A DNA stretch of 64,000 nt. Source: Tagaea sp. (GTDB taxonomy: Bacteria; Pseudomonadota; Alphaproteobacteria; CACIAM-22H2). The DNA is taken from NCBI GenBank assembly GCA_965279525.1, contig CBDIIB010000003.1:224001-288000 (forward strand), in the 5' to 3' direction. Positions within the stretch are counted from its first letter, which is position 1. Every line of letters begins with the position of its first letter. Shown here in pieces: positions 55,348 to 64,000 of the stretch. The notes below the pieces were generated by a model. That model did not search any database and was not told the origin of the DNA. It was given only the letters and a program-made list of their open reading frames with translations. The position numbers and the translations under genes were made by a program.

Positions 55348-56688
55348 ATGAAGCCGATATCCATTTCCCGCCGCGGTCTCGTCAAGGCGGCGGCACTCGG
55401 GACGCTCGCCGCCCCGATGCTCAACATCAAGTCGCTCTACGCGCAGACCGGCGCGTTCAACTGGAAGAAGTTCTCCGGCCAGAGCATCGAGGTGTCGCTC
55501 ACGCTCAGCCCGCGCGGCGAGCTCCTGCGCCGCCACGAAAGGGAGTTCACCGAACTGACCGGCATCAAGGTCGGCTCGGAAATGGTGCCCGAGCAGCAGC
55601 ATCGCCAGCAGGCCGTGATCCAGTTCAACTCCGGCAATCCGCAGTTCGACGTCATCACGATCTCGTGGCACGTCCAGAAGCGCCTGTTCGGCAAGTCGAA
55701 GTGGCTTGTCGACATGAAGCCGCTTCTCGCCGACCGCGCGCTGACGGCGCCGGAATACGACTTCTCGGACTTCACGGCCGGCGGCCTGCGCTGGGCCGTG
55801 CAGGGCGACGGCCGCATGGACACGCTGCCGCTCAACATCGATCCGTGGATGATCTACTGGAACAAGGAGCTCTTCGCCGCGAAGGGTCTCGCGTTCCCGA
55901 AGACGTTCGAGGAAATCCTGATGGCAGCCGAGAAGCTGACCGACAAGGCGTCGGGACAGTACGGCTGGGTGTCGCGCGGCCTCAAGAACGCCAACGTGCC
56001 GGTATGGACGAGCTTCATGATCGGCCACGACATGGATCCGGTGAACCCGAAGACGGTCCAGCTCCAGACGACGACGGCCGAAGCGGTCGCGGCGGCGGAA
56101 TACTACAAGAAGCTCAACAAGGACTTCGCCCCCCCGGGCACGGTCGGCTTCAACTGGAACGAATCCCAGACGTCGTTCAGCCAGGGCAAGATCGGCATGT
56201 GGCTCGACGGCATCGGCTTCGCGCCGCCGCTCGAGGATCCGACCAAGTCGCGCGTCGTCGGCAAGGTCGGCTACGGCATCATGCCCGCCGGCCCGAAGGC
56301 CCGCCACTCGGCGACCTTCGGCGACGGCATCGGCATCCCGGTCGCGAGCAAGAAGCGGGAAGCCGCGTATCTCTACACCCAGTGGGCGACGAGCAAGCAG
56401 ATGTGCGCGCGTCTCCTGCAGTCGGGCGGCGGTTCGCCGTGCCGCGGCTCTTCGTACACCGACAAGGACGTCATCGCCGGTCTCAAGCTGCCGCGCGAGT
56501 GGCTGACCTGCCTGCAGGAATCGACGGCCATCGGCCGCCCGGGCCTGCCGGAGATCGCGCCCGTGACCGAGTTCCGCGACGTGTTCGGCGTCGGTCTCAC
56601 CAACACGATCGGCGGGGCGGATGCCCGCGCCGAACTCGTGAAGGCGACCGAGGCGTTCGCGCCGGTCCTCCAGAAGTCGGAAGCATGA
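55348..56688 (+). CDS. Carbohydrate ABC substrate-binding protein with Tat-like signal
   Basis: ISRRGLVK twin-arginine motif, FNWKKFSG, FTELTGIKV, YWNKELF. Confidence 0.92.
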   Translation: MKPISISRRGLVKAAALGTLAAPMLNIKSLYAQTGAFNWKKFSGQSIEVSLTLSPRGELLRRHEREFTELTGIKVGSEMVPEQQHRQQAVIQFNSGNPQFDVITISWHVQKRLFGKSKWLVDMKPLLADRALTAPEYDFSDFTAGGLRWAVQGDGRMDTLPLNIDPWMIYWNKELFAAKGLAFPKTFEEILMAAEKLTDKASGQYGWVSRGLKNANVPVWTSFMIGHDMDPVNPKTVQLQTTTAEAVAAAEYYKKLNKDFAPPGTVGFNWNESQTSFSQGKIGMWLDGIGFAPPLEDPTKSRVVGKVGYGIMPAGPKARHSATFGDGIGIPVASKKREAAYLYTQWATSKQMCARLLQSGGGSPCRGSSYTDKDVIAGLKLPREWLTCLQESTAIGRPGLPEIAPVTEFRDVFGVGLTNTIGGADARAELVKATEAFAPVLQKSEA

Positions 56689-56721
56689 CGAACGGCCTGC
56701 ATCTCGCAGGCACGACCGGCA

Positions 56722-56750
56722 CTCCCTTCCCCGCGTCGCGGGGAAGGGAG
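56722..56750. repeat. Perfect palindrome resembling alphaproteobacterial REP/RIME-type elements, after SBP gene
   Basis: CTCCCTTCCCCGCG-T-CGCGGGGAAGGGAG. Confidence 0.6.
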
Positions 56751-56767
56751 CTGCGGGCGATTTGCGC

Positions 56768-57688
56768 ATGAGCGATGAATCGATTGAGCGGGGCGCTGTT
56801 CCGGGCGAGATGCTCGCGTCGCGCGGGCGGGGATTCGGGCACCGCTATCTTCCGTTCGCCTATCCGGCCCTGGTGATCACGGCGGCGGTCATCGTCTTCC
56901 CGTGGGTCTTCACCATCTACATGAGCATGCACGACTGGAAGATCGGCCAGGAGCGCGAGTTTGTCGGCCTTGCGAACTTCGCCCGGCTCGCCAAGGACGC
57001 GCGGTTCATCGAATCCGTCGGCCACACGCTCTATTTCACGGCACTTGCCGTTGTGCTGCCGCTGGTGTTCGGCACGGCCGCGGCCCTGATTTTCAACGAG
57101 CGGTTCCCGCTGCGCGGACTGTTCCGCGCGATCTTCATCCTGCCGATGATGGCGACACCCGTGGCGGTGGCGCTGGTATGGACGATGATGTTCCACCCCC
57201 AGCTCGGCGTGCTCAACTACCTGCTTTCCACCGTCGGCCTGCCGCCGCAGCTCTGGGTCTATTCGCCCCAGACCGTCATCCCGAGCCTCGTGATGGTCGA
57301 GGTGTGGCACTGGACGCCGCTCGTGATGCTGATCGTGCTCGGCGGTCTCGCGGCCGCACCGACCGAGCCCTACGATTCCGCCAAGATCGACGGCGCCAAC
57401 GGCTGGCAGATCTTCCGGCACATCACGCTGCCGCTGATCATGCCGTTCCTGCTGGTCGCGGCCGTCATCCGAACGATCGACGCGCTCAAGGCCTTCGACA
57501 CGATCTTCGTGATCACCGGCGGCGGGCCCGGCACCGCATCGGAGACGATCAACATCTTCCTCTATCTGCAGGCGTTCTCCTTCTACAATATCGGCTATGC
57601 CTCGGCGATGACGATCGTGTTCTTCGTCATCATCGTGGCGCTCGCGATCGTGCTTCTCTGGCTGCGGCAGAAGGCGAAATGGTCGTGA
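56768..57688 (+). CDS. Carbohydrate ABC permease
   Basis: FVGLANF, WHWTP, DSAKIDGA, TGGGPG. Confidence 0.93.
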   Translation: MSDESIERGAVPGEMLASRGRGFGHRYLPFAYPALVITAAVIVFPWVFTIYMSMHDWKIGQEREFVGLANFARLAKDARFIESVGHTLYFTALAVVLPLVFGTAAALIFNERFPLRGLFRAIFILPMMATPVAVALVWTMMFHPQLGVLNYLLSTVGLPPQLWVYSPQTVIPSLVMVEVWHWTPLVMLIVLGGLAAAPTEPYDSAKIDGANGWQIFRHITLPLIMPFLLVAAVIRTIDALKAFDTIFVITGGGPGTASETINIFLYLQAFSFYNIGYASAMTIVFFVIIVALAIVLLWLRQKAKWS

Positions 57689-58515
57689 GCCGTTCGCTGC
57701 GCCGCTTCGGCAGGAAGCTCGCCTTCGGCTTCGCCGTGTTCGTGATCGTCTCGCCGGCGATCCTCGTGATCTTGTGGATGCTGTCGCTCGCCCTCAAGAA
57801 CGAGGTCGACAACATGGCCTATCCGCCGGTGTTCATCCCGAGCACGTTCACGCTCCAGAACTTCTTCGACGTCATCGAGCGCAACCGCCTCGACACCTAC
57901 TTCGTCAACAGCGTCCTCGTCTCGGGGTTCGCCACGCTGGTGGCGATCGCCGTGGGCGTGCCCGCGGCCTACGGCATCGCCAAGGCGCAGGCGCACAAGC
58001 TGGCCGTGCTGACGCTGATCGCCCGCATCACGCCCGCACTTTCATACCTCATCCCGCTCTACATCCTGTTCCAGTGGATCGGACTGACCGGCACGATCTG
58101 GCCCATCGCGATCACGCATCTGGTCATCACGCTGCCGATCTTCATCTACGTGATGATCGGCTTTTTCGAGAGCCTGCCCCAGGAGCTGGAAGAGGCCGCG
58201 CTGATCGACGGCTGCACGCTGTGGCAGGCCTTCCGCCACGTGGCGCTGCCGTTGGCGCGGCCGGGCATCGTGGTCGGCGCCATCCTGTCGATCATCTTCT
58301 CGTGGAACAACTTCGTCTTCGCCGCCGTCCTCGGCAGCCGCCAGACGCGAACGCTGCCGGTCGCCGTGTTCAACATGCTGACCTTCGAGCAGATCGCCTG
58401 GGGCCCGCTTGCCGCAGCGGCACTGCTCGTCACATTGCCGGTGCTGATCCTGACGCTCCTGATCCAGAAGGAAATCGTCGGCGGCCTGACGGCAGGCGGC
58501 GTCAAGGGCGGCTAG
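57685..58515 (+). CDS. Carbohydrate ABC permease
   Basis: ELEEAALIDG, SWNNF, GLTAGGVKG; start 57685 (GTG) or 57679 (ATG). Confidence 0.93.
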   Translation: MSRSLRRFGRKLAFGFAVFVIVSPAILVILWMLSLALKNEVDNMAYPPVFIPSTFTLQNFFDVIERNRLDTYFVNSVLVSGFATLVAIAVGVPAAYGIAKAQAHKLAVLTLIARITPALSYLIPLYILFQWIGLTGTIWPIAITHLVITLPIFIYVMIGFFESLPQELEEAALIDGCTLWQAFRHVALPLARPGIVVGAILSIIFSWNNFVFAAVLGSRQTRTLPVAVFNMLTFEQIAWGPLAAAALLVTLPVLILTLLIQKEIVGGLTAGGVKGG

Positions 58516-58519
58516 CGAC

Positions 58520-59446
58520 ATGTCTGCCGCAGCGCGGTTTGCCGATCCGGAGTTCATGGCGCAGACCGTCGACGGTCGCGCCGTTCCTGCCCACCTGCTT
58601 GGCGACATGGCGGAAGGCGACATGCACGGGGATCTCGCCGCCCAGCTCGCGGCGCACGGATATCTGCTGCTGCGCGGCGTCCACGACGCCGGCGAAGTCG
58701 AGGCAGCCCGGCTCGAAGTCCTCCGGCGTCTGGGCGAGGTCGATGAGATCGCGGCCCCGCACGCGGATGCGATCGCCACGGGCCGGTCGCGCCGGGCCGA
58801 ACTGCATCCGGATCTCGGGGCGTTCTGGCGCTCGGTCAGCGACGGGCCGGCATTGCGCCGTGTCGTCAACGGTCCGCGTATCATGGCGCTTGCGGCCCGG
58901 CTTTTTGGCGAGCCGCCTGCGCATTTCGGGTTCGCCTGGCTGCGCGCGATGCCGGCCGGCCGCGCAAGCCCGCTGCATGTCGACCATCCGTACATGAACC
59001 GCGGCTCGCACCGGCTCGTGACCGTCTGGACGCCGCTTGGCCATGTCGGACGCGACGAGGGGCCGCTCTACGTCGTCGAGAATTCGCATCGCGATCCCGA
59101 TATCCGCAACCGTTTCGAAGGCCTCGACGTCGACCGCGATCCCTCGCGGCCCGGGCATTTCGACGCGCACCCGGCCGACATCGCGGCCGCGAAGGGTGCA
59201 CGCCTGCTGAGCGCGGCCTTCGCGCCGGGCGACTGCGTGATCTTCGGGATGTTCACCGCACACGCCGCCTTCGACAACGCGACGCGCACCGGGCGCGTGC
59301 GCCTGTCGTGCGATACCCGCTTCCAGCCGGCGGCCGAGCCGATGGACGAACGCTTCGCCGGCGCCGATCCGCCGGCACATGGCGGCAAGGGCTATGGCTG
59401 CCTGTCGGCGGCCCGGCCGATGAATGCGCCGATGCTGCGGCGCTGA
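58520..59446 (+). CDS. Phytanoyl-CoA dioxygenase (PhyH) family Fe(II)/2-oxoglutarate oxygenase
   Basis: GYLLLRG, PLHVD (HxD), TVWTPLG, PGDCVIF, HAAFDN (distal His), RLSCDTRFQP. Confidence 0.9.
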   Translation: MSAAARFADPEFMAQTVDGRAVPAHLLGDMAEGDMHGDLAAQLAAHGYLLLRGVHDAGEVEAARLEVLRRLGEVDEIAAPHADAIATGRSRRAELHPDLGAFWRSVSDGPALRRVVNGPRIMALAARLFGEPPAHFGFAWLRAMPAGRASPLHVDHPYMNRGSHRLVTVWTPLGHVGRDEGPLYVVENSHRDPDIRNRFEGLDVDRDPSRPGHFDAHPADIAAAKGARLLSAAFAPGDCVIFGMFTAHAAFDNATRTGRVRLSCDTRFQPAAEPMDERFAGADPPAHGGKGYGCLSAARPMNAPMLRR

Positions 59447-59487
59447 ACGAAATCAAGAACGCAAATCGCCAACCAAGGGGAAGAAAC

Positions 59488-60480
59488 ATGACGAAGATCT
59501 CACGACGGACGATCCTGGCCGCCACGGCCGCGACGGGCGCCCTGCTCGGCGCACCGACGATCCTGAAGGCGCAGGCGACCGCGATCCGCTGGGGCGAAAT
59601 GCTCGCCCCCTCGCATCCGCAGGTCCAGATGGTCGAGCGCGTCGCCAGGGAAGTGAAGGAGAAGACCTCCGGACGGATCGACATCCAGTCGTTCCCGAAC
59701 GGCCAGCTCGGTTCGGGCCGCGACATGATGGAAGCCGTCACGTCCGGCGCCCTCCAGATGACGACGGATGGGGCCGGCGCGATCGCGGCGTTGCTGCCGC
59801 AGCTCTCGGTCATCGAATCGCCCTATCTTTGGCGCGACGCCGCGCACATGGCGAAGAGCGCCACGTCGCCGCAGTTCGCGAAGATGAACGAGGACATGGT
59901 CTCTCGCCGCGGCATGCGGATGGTCGCCGTCACCTACTACGGCAAGCGCCACCTGACGACGGGCACCAAGGCAGTGCGTTCGGTCGGCGACATGGCCGGC
60001 TTCAAGCTGCGCGTTCCGCCGGTCGACGTCTTCCGCGCGATGGCCGAGGCGTGGGGTGCGCGCGCCACGCCGGTCAACTTCAACGAGCTCTATCTGGCGC
60101 TCAACCAGGGTGCCGTCGACGGGCAGGAAAACCCGCTGCCGACGATCCACAGCGGCAAGCTGTTCGAGGTGCAGAAGTTCCTCATCCTGACCGAGCACAT
60201 CATCACGCCGCGTCTCGTCATCGTGAACGAGGCGTTCTGGAAGGGGCTGCGTCCGGCGGACCGCGATATCGTGCAGGCCGCCCTTGCGTCGGCCGCCGCC
60301 TGGCAGGACAAGGAACTGCTCGGCCAGGAGGCGTCGCTCGTCGACACGCTCAAGGCCGCGGGCATGACGGTCATCACGCCCGACCTGGCGCAGTTCCGCG
60401 ATCCGGTGCTGGCCAAGGTGCCCGCGATGTTCGAGGAGCGTTGGGGCAAGGGCACGTTCGACGCGCTGCGTTCGCTCTGA
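59488..60480 (+). CDS. dctP: TRAP transporter substrate-binding protein DctP (Tat-like signal)
   Basis: ISRRTILA, FPNGQLG, GFKLRVP, ELYLALNQGAVDGQENP. Confidence 0.94.
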   Translation: MTKISRRTILAATAATGALLGAPTILKAQATAIRWGEMLAPSHPQVQMVERVAREVKEKTSGRIDIQSFPNGQLGSGRDMMEAVTSGALQMTTDGAGAIAALLPQLSVIESPYLWRDAAHMAKSATSPQFAKMNEDMVSRRGMRMVAVTYYGKRHLTTGTKAVRSVGDMAGFKLRVPPVDVFRAMAEAWGARATPVNFNELYLALNQGAVDGQENPLPTIHSGKLFEVQKFLILTEHIITPRLVIVNEAFWKGLRPADRDIVQAALASAAAWQDKELLGQEASLVDTLKAAGMTVITPDLAQFRDPVLAKVPAMFEERWGKGTFDALRSL

Positions 60481-60977
60481 TGCAACGGATCGCCGCCGCG
60501 ACGGAGTGGGCACTGCGCGCCGCGGCGGTGGTCCTTCTGCTTGGAATGCTCGGATGCGTGGTTGCCGGGGTGGTGTCGCGCCAGCTCGGCAACCCGCTGA
60601 GCTGGACGGACGAGGCGGCGCAGTACCTGCTCGTCTGGACCGGTTTCACGGGGATGGTGCTGGCGGCGCGCCGGCGCAGCCACATCCGCATCGACGTGTT
60701 CATCGACCGGCTGCCGCCGCTGTCGCGCCGGATCGCCGAAGTGATCATCCAGGCAAGCGTGATCTTCTTCGCGATCGCCTTGCTGCGCTACAGCCCGGCG
60801 CTGATCGAACGTAATCTCGATGTCGAATGGATCAGCGTGCCGCTCTCGGCGGCCTTGCTCTATATCCCGTTGCCGATCGCCGCCGCGGCACTGGTGTCCA
60901 GCGCCGTCGTGCAGCTGATCGAGGCTTTCCGTGGGCCGGTCGCGGCACCGCATGCACCCGGGGACCTGCCGCTATGA
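60480..60977 (+). CDS. dctQ: TRAP transporter small permease DctQ
   Basis: TGATG coupling; WTDEAAQY, HIRID, 4 TMs. Confidence 0.92.
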   Translation: MQRIAAATEWALRAAAVVLLLGMLGCVVAGVVSRQLGNPLSWTDEAAQYLLVWTGFTGMVLAARRRSHIRIDVFIDRLPPLSRRIAEVIIQASVIFFAIALLRYSPALIERNLDVEWISVPLSAALLYIPLPIAAAALVSSAVVQLIEAFRGPVAAPHAPGDLPL

Positions 60978-62260
60978 TCGAGACGATGACGACGATCATG
61001 GCGGTGTGGTTCGTCGTGCTGCTGCTCGGCGTTCCGCTTTACGTGACGATGGGGCTCGCGTCCTTCGCGTTCGTCTGGATCTCGGGCGTGTCGCCCGGGA
61101 TCATCGCCCAGAAGATCGCGCAGGCGGCCAACTCGTTCCCGCTGCTTGCCGCACCGCTCTTCATCCTGATGGGTAACATCATGAACTCGGGCGGCATCAC
61201 CGAACGGATCTTCGCGTTCGCGACGGCCTGCGTGGGCTGGATGCGCGGCGGCCTTTGCCACGCCAATATCCTGGCAAGCGTGATCTTCGCCGGAATGTCG
61301 GGTTCCGCGGTTGCCGATGCCGGCGGCGTCGGCACGCTCGAGATCAAGGCGATGAAGGACGAGGGCTACGATGCCGAGACGGCGGCCGCGATCACGGCCG
61401 CGTCGGCGACGATCGGGCCGATCATCCCGCCCTCGCTGCCGATGGTGATCTACGGCGTCAGCGCCGACGTCTCGATCGGCGGGCTGTTCCTGGCCGGCGT
61501 CATTCCGGGCATCCTGATGGCGGGCGCCCTGATGGCGATGGTCACGGTCGTGGCACGCCGGCGCAACCTGCCGCGCCATCCGTTTCCCGGCCTCGGCGAC
61601 CTGTGGCGGGCCTACCGGCGCGCGCACTGGGCGCTCATGACGCCCGTCATCCTGTTCGGCGGCATGATCGGCGGCATCTTCACGCCGACCGAGGCAGCGG
61701 GCGTGGCGACGGTCTATGCGCTCGTCCTCGGCCTGTTCGTCTATCGCGAGTTCGACCTGAAGAAGCTTCCGCAGCTCATCGTCGAGACCGTCGAGACGAC
61801 GGGCGTGGTGCTGGCGCTCGTCATGGCGGCGTCGGCGATGGGCTGGTGCCTGTCGCTGTCGCGCATCCCGCAGACGGCGGGACCCGCGATCGTGGCGCTC
61901 GTCGGCGATCCGTGGGTGTTTCTCGTCGTCGTCAATGTGCTGCTGCTGATCGTCGGCTGCTTCATGGAAGCCCTGGCCGCGATGCTGATCCTGATCCCGA
62001 TCCTGTCGCCGGCGGCCGGTCAGTTCGGCATCGATCCGATCCAGTTCGGGCTTATCTTCGTGCTCAACCTGATGATCGGGACGATCACGCCGCCGGTCGG
62101 CGTCGTGTTGTTCATAACGTCGAAGATCGCCGGCGTGTCGTTCGCGGCGATGTCGCGCGCGATAATTCCATGGCTGGCGCCGCTGGTAGGCGTGCTGATC
62201 GCGATCACGTTCTGGCCGCCGCTGACGTTGTGGCTGCCGAAACTCGTCATGGGACGCTGA
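60974..62260 (+). CDS. dctM: TRAP transporter large permease DctM
   Basis: FAGMSGSAVAD, GPIIPPS, FTPTEAA, ITPPVG. Confidence 0.95.
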   Translation: MIETMTTIMAVWFVVLLLGVPLYVTMGLASFAFVWISGVSPGIIAQKIAQAANSFPLLAAPLFILMGNIMNSGGITERIFAFATACVGWMRGGLCHANILASVIFAGMSGSAVADAGGVGTLEIKAMKDEGYDAETAAAITAASATIGPIIPPSLPMVIYGVSADVSIGGLFLAGVIPGILMAGALMAMVTVVARRRNLPRHPFPGLGDLWRAYRRAHWALMTPVILFGGMIGGIFTPTEAAGVATVYALVLGLFVYREFDLKKLPQLIVETVETTGVVLALVMAASAMGWCLSLSRIPQTAGPAIVALVGDPWVFLVVVNVLLLIVGCFMEALAAMLILIPILSPAAGQFGIDPIQFGLIFVLNLMIGTITPPVGVVLFITSKIAGVSFAAMSRAIIPWLAPLVGVLIAITFWPPLTLWLPKLVMGR

Positions 62261-62266
62261 GGCCGT

Positions 62267-62584
62267 TCAGGCGGCGATGTCGATAAGCTGGCCGCGGCCG
62301 GAATCGGACGGCGGGGGCGGGAAGTTGTTGCGCGAGAACCCGCCGCTGTAGCCGCCGCCAGACCCGCCGCGTCCGCCGGCACCGCTGCTCGAATCGCCGC
62401 CGGCCGTCGCGGTGATGCCGGATGCGGTCTGCGTGGGGGCGCCGGCCGCGTTGGGGTCGGTCGAGTTCGCCTCGGGCGAAAGCAGGTCGAGATTGGGATC
62501 GGGCCGCCGGCCGACCTCGTTGCCGCCCATCATGTCGGCGAGGCTTCCGTAGCTGTCCAGACCGTTGAGCAGGCTTACCGACAT
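62267..62584 (-). CDS. Small Gly/Ser-rich hypothetical protein ending RGQLIDIAA
   Basis: AAAGGA RBS before ATG; fills the gap between convergent genes; host-like codon usage. Confidence 0.65.
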   Translation of the reverse strand: MSVSLLNGLDSYGSLADMMGGNEVGRRPDPNLDLLSPEANSTDPNAAGAPTQTASGITATAGGDSSSGAGGRGGSGGGYSGGFSRNNFPPPPSDSGRGQLIDIAA

Positions 62585-62837
62585 GGCGGGGCGATCCTTT
62601 GCGATGTTCGACGAAGCGATTTTCGCAAAGGCGCCTTACCAAGGCCTGAAGAAACCGGCCGCATTTTAGTCAATAGTCATTTGGAATCTCCGGCGTTCCC
62701 GCACGCGGCAACGCCGTAAATACTGGAACAGAATCGATTCGTGGCGCGCCATGCGCGTCCGGCATCCGTGGCATGCGCACGAACGCCGGACGATTATTTC
62801 AGATACCTAAAATGCCGATAAAAGCCCTCGAATATCT

Positions 62838-63767
62838 TCAGGCGGCAGAGCCCGCGCGCTTCTCCGGCAGCACGTTCCAGCTCCGCAGGATCCCGATCAG
62901 CGTCGTGCGGTCGGCAGGATCGAGGGCGGGCAGTCCCGGCAGGCGGACCGGGCCGACGGTGAAGCCGAGTTCGCCCATCGCTTCCTTGACGACGGTGACG
63001 TTGGCGCCGTTGCCGTAGCGCGTGCGCAGCGTCTCGAACACGGCGATCGTGTCGACGAGCTCGCGCACCTTGGCAAGGTTGCCGCTTTCGAGCGCCGCGT
63101 GGATCGCCAGCGAACGCGCCGGATCGACATTGACGAGACCGGACGTGAAGCCGCGCGCACCTGCGGCGTAGAACGGCCCGGCCCAGCCCTCGGCAAGCCC
63201 GCAAACCCAAAGGGCGGTCTTCGCGTCGCTGGCACGCACGCATTCGGACAGCATCATCAGGTTGGTCGTCGCGAACTTCACGCCCGCGACATTGGGATGG
63301 TTGGCGATGCCCATCAGGTCCTTGAGGCTCATCGCGTCGGAGCGCACATAGGCGACGAGCGGCAGGTCGACCTTTTCAGCGATCTCGCGGAAATAGGCGG
63401 CCTGCGCCTGGGGTGCGGCGAACGGGTCGAGCGGCTGATGCGCCATCACGGCGTCGGCGCCGCCGGCCTTGGCGCGCTTGCCGAGCGCGATCGCCTCGAC
63501 GAGCGAGCGGCCGATGGCGGCTGTCACCTTGCTGCGCCCGGCATTGGCGGCGATCGCGCGGTCGTGGACGAATTTCACTTCGTCCGGCGTCAGCGCGTAG
63601 AACTCGCCGGTGTTGCCGGCCGAAACGATGTTGTGGATGCCGGCGGCGGCGATCCGGTCGATGACGCGGTCGAGCGTGGCGCCGTCGGGTGCCCCGTCCT
63701 TGCCGTAGGGCACGATGTGCACGCCGGAGATTCCGGTCAGGGCCTTGCGCATCTTCTCGATCGTCAT
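62838..63767 (-). CDS. DHDPS-family protein (KDG dehydratase-like subgroup)
   Basis: GGAGGA RBS, GNTGEFYAL, AYVRS, GVKFA, GFTSGLVN, VRLP. Confidence 0.9.
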   Translation of the reverse strand: MTIEKMRKALTGISGVHIVPYGKDGAPDGATLDRVIDRIAAAGIHNIVSAGNTGEFYALTPDEVKFVHDRAIAANAGRSKVTAAIGRSLVEAIALGKRAKAGGADAVMAHQPLDPFAAPQAQAAYFREIAEKVDLPLVAYVRSDAMSLKDLMGIANHPNVAGVKFATTNLMMLSECVRASDAKTALWVCGLAEGWAGPFYAAGARGFTSGLVNVDPARSLAIHAALESGNLAKVRELVDTIAVFETLRTRYGNGANVTVVKEAMGELGFTVGPVRLPGLPALDPADRTTLIGILRSWNVLPEKRAGSAA

Positions 63768-63838
63768 TGTGTCCTCCAGTTTGTCCTGATTTCGCGCTAT
63801 ACCGGCGCGTTGTTCGTATTTTCGCCAAGGATAACCAC

Positions 63839-64000
63839 ATGCGCATCGAGACGCCAAAGGTCGAATCGCTGATCGACGTTCCCCTCGGGACCGGCGAAGG
63901 TCCGTGCTGGGACGCAGGCTCCGGCATGCTCTATTTCGTCGATATCCCGGCACCCGCACTCTACCGCCTCGACCCGCGCACGAAGCGCCTCGACCGTTTC
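63839..64000 (+). CDS. SMP-30/gluconolactonase family protein (5' part, runs off window)
   Basis: Not in ORF track. Manual translation MRIETPKVESLIDVPLGTGEGPCWDAGSGMLYFVDIPAPALYRLDP contains the GEGPxW...LYFVDI signature. Confidence 0.85.
   Translation, partial: MRIETPKVESLIDVPLGTGEGPCWDAGSGMLYFVDIPAPALYRLDPRTKRLDRF

Noticed and set aside
62814-62821. Exact sigma-28 -10 element GCCGATAA
   Set aside because: No TAAA -35 at the proper spacing, and it points antisense into the 3' end of the DHDPS-family gene.

Overview
High-GC bacterial DNA, most likely an alphaproteobacterium (inferred from the DUF2849-cysI-DUF934 arrangement, Lrp-regulated minimal putA and an RT0821-type surface protein). 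About 55 CDS are visible. I saw no rRNA, tRNA, CRISPR array, integrase or transposase. Most of the window is catabolic or transport: a MocR-regulated enolase/ALDH/polyamine-type ABC cluster, putR-putA, two sugar catabolism clusters (LacI- and GntR-linked), an MdtABC-type RND pump and sulfite reductase genes. The stand-out is an apparently lower-GC, tightly coupled 8-gene operon at 7897-17116. It encodes one MotA/TolQ/ExbB-type ion-channel subunit and two paralogous partners built as [ExbD/MotB-like TM with the conserved Asp]-[coiled coil]-[vWA with MIDAS motif]. It also encodes an FHA-like/TM/PEGA/non-catalytic FGE-sulfatase protein, a TM-TPR protein, a glycine-zipper lipoprotein and two secreted low-complexity proteins, with no TonB, TolA/B or TonB-dependent receptor. 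This looks like an uncharacterised ion-motive-force-driven envelope machine. Secondary candidates are a convergent GNAT-like/PAS-like gene pair, a degenerate PhyH-like protein, a possible sRNA and a PhyH dioxygenase embedded in a sugar-uptake operon. All family calls come from motif recognition by eye; no database search was run.
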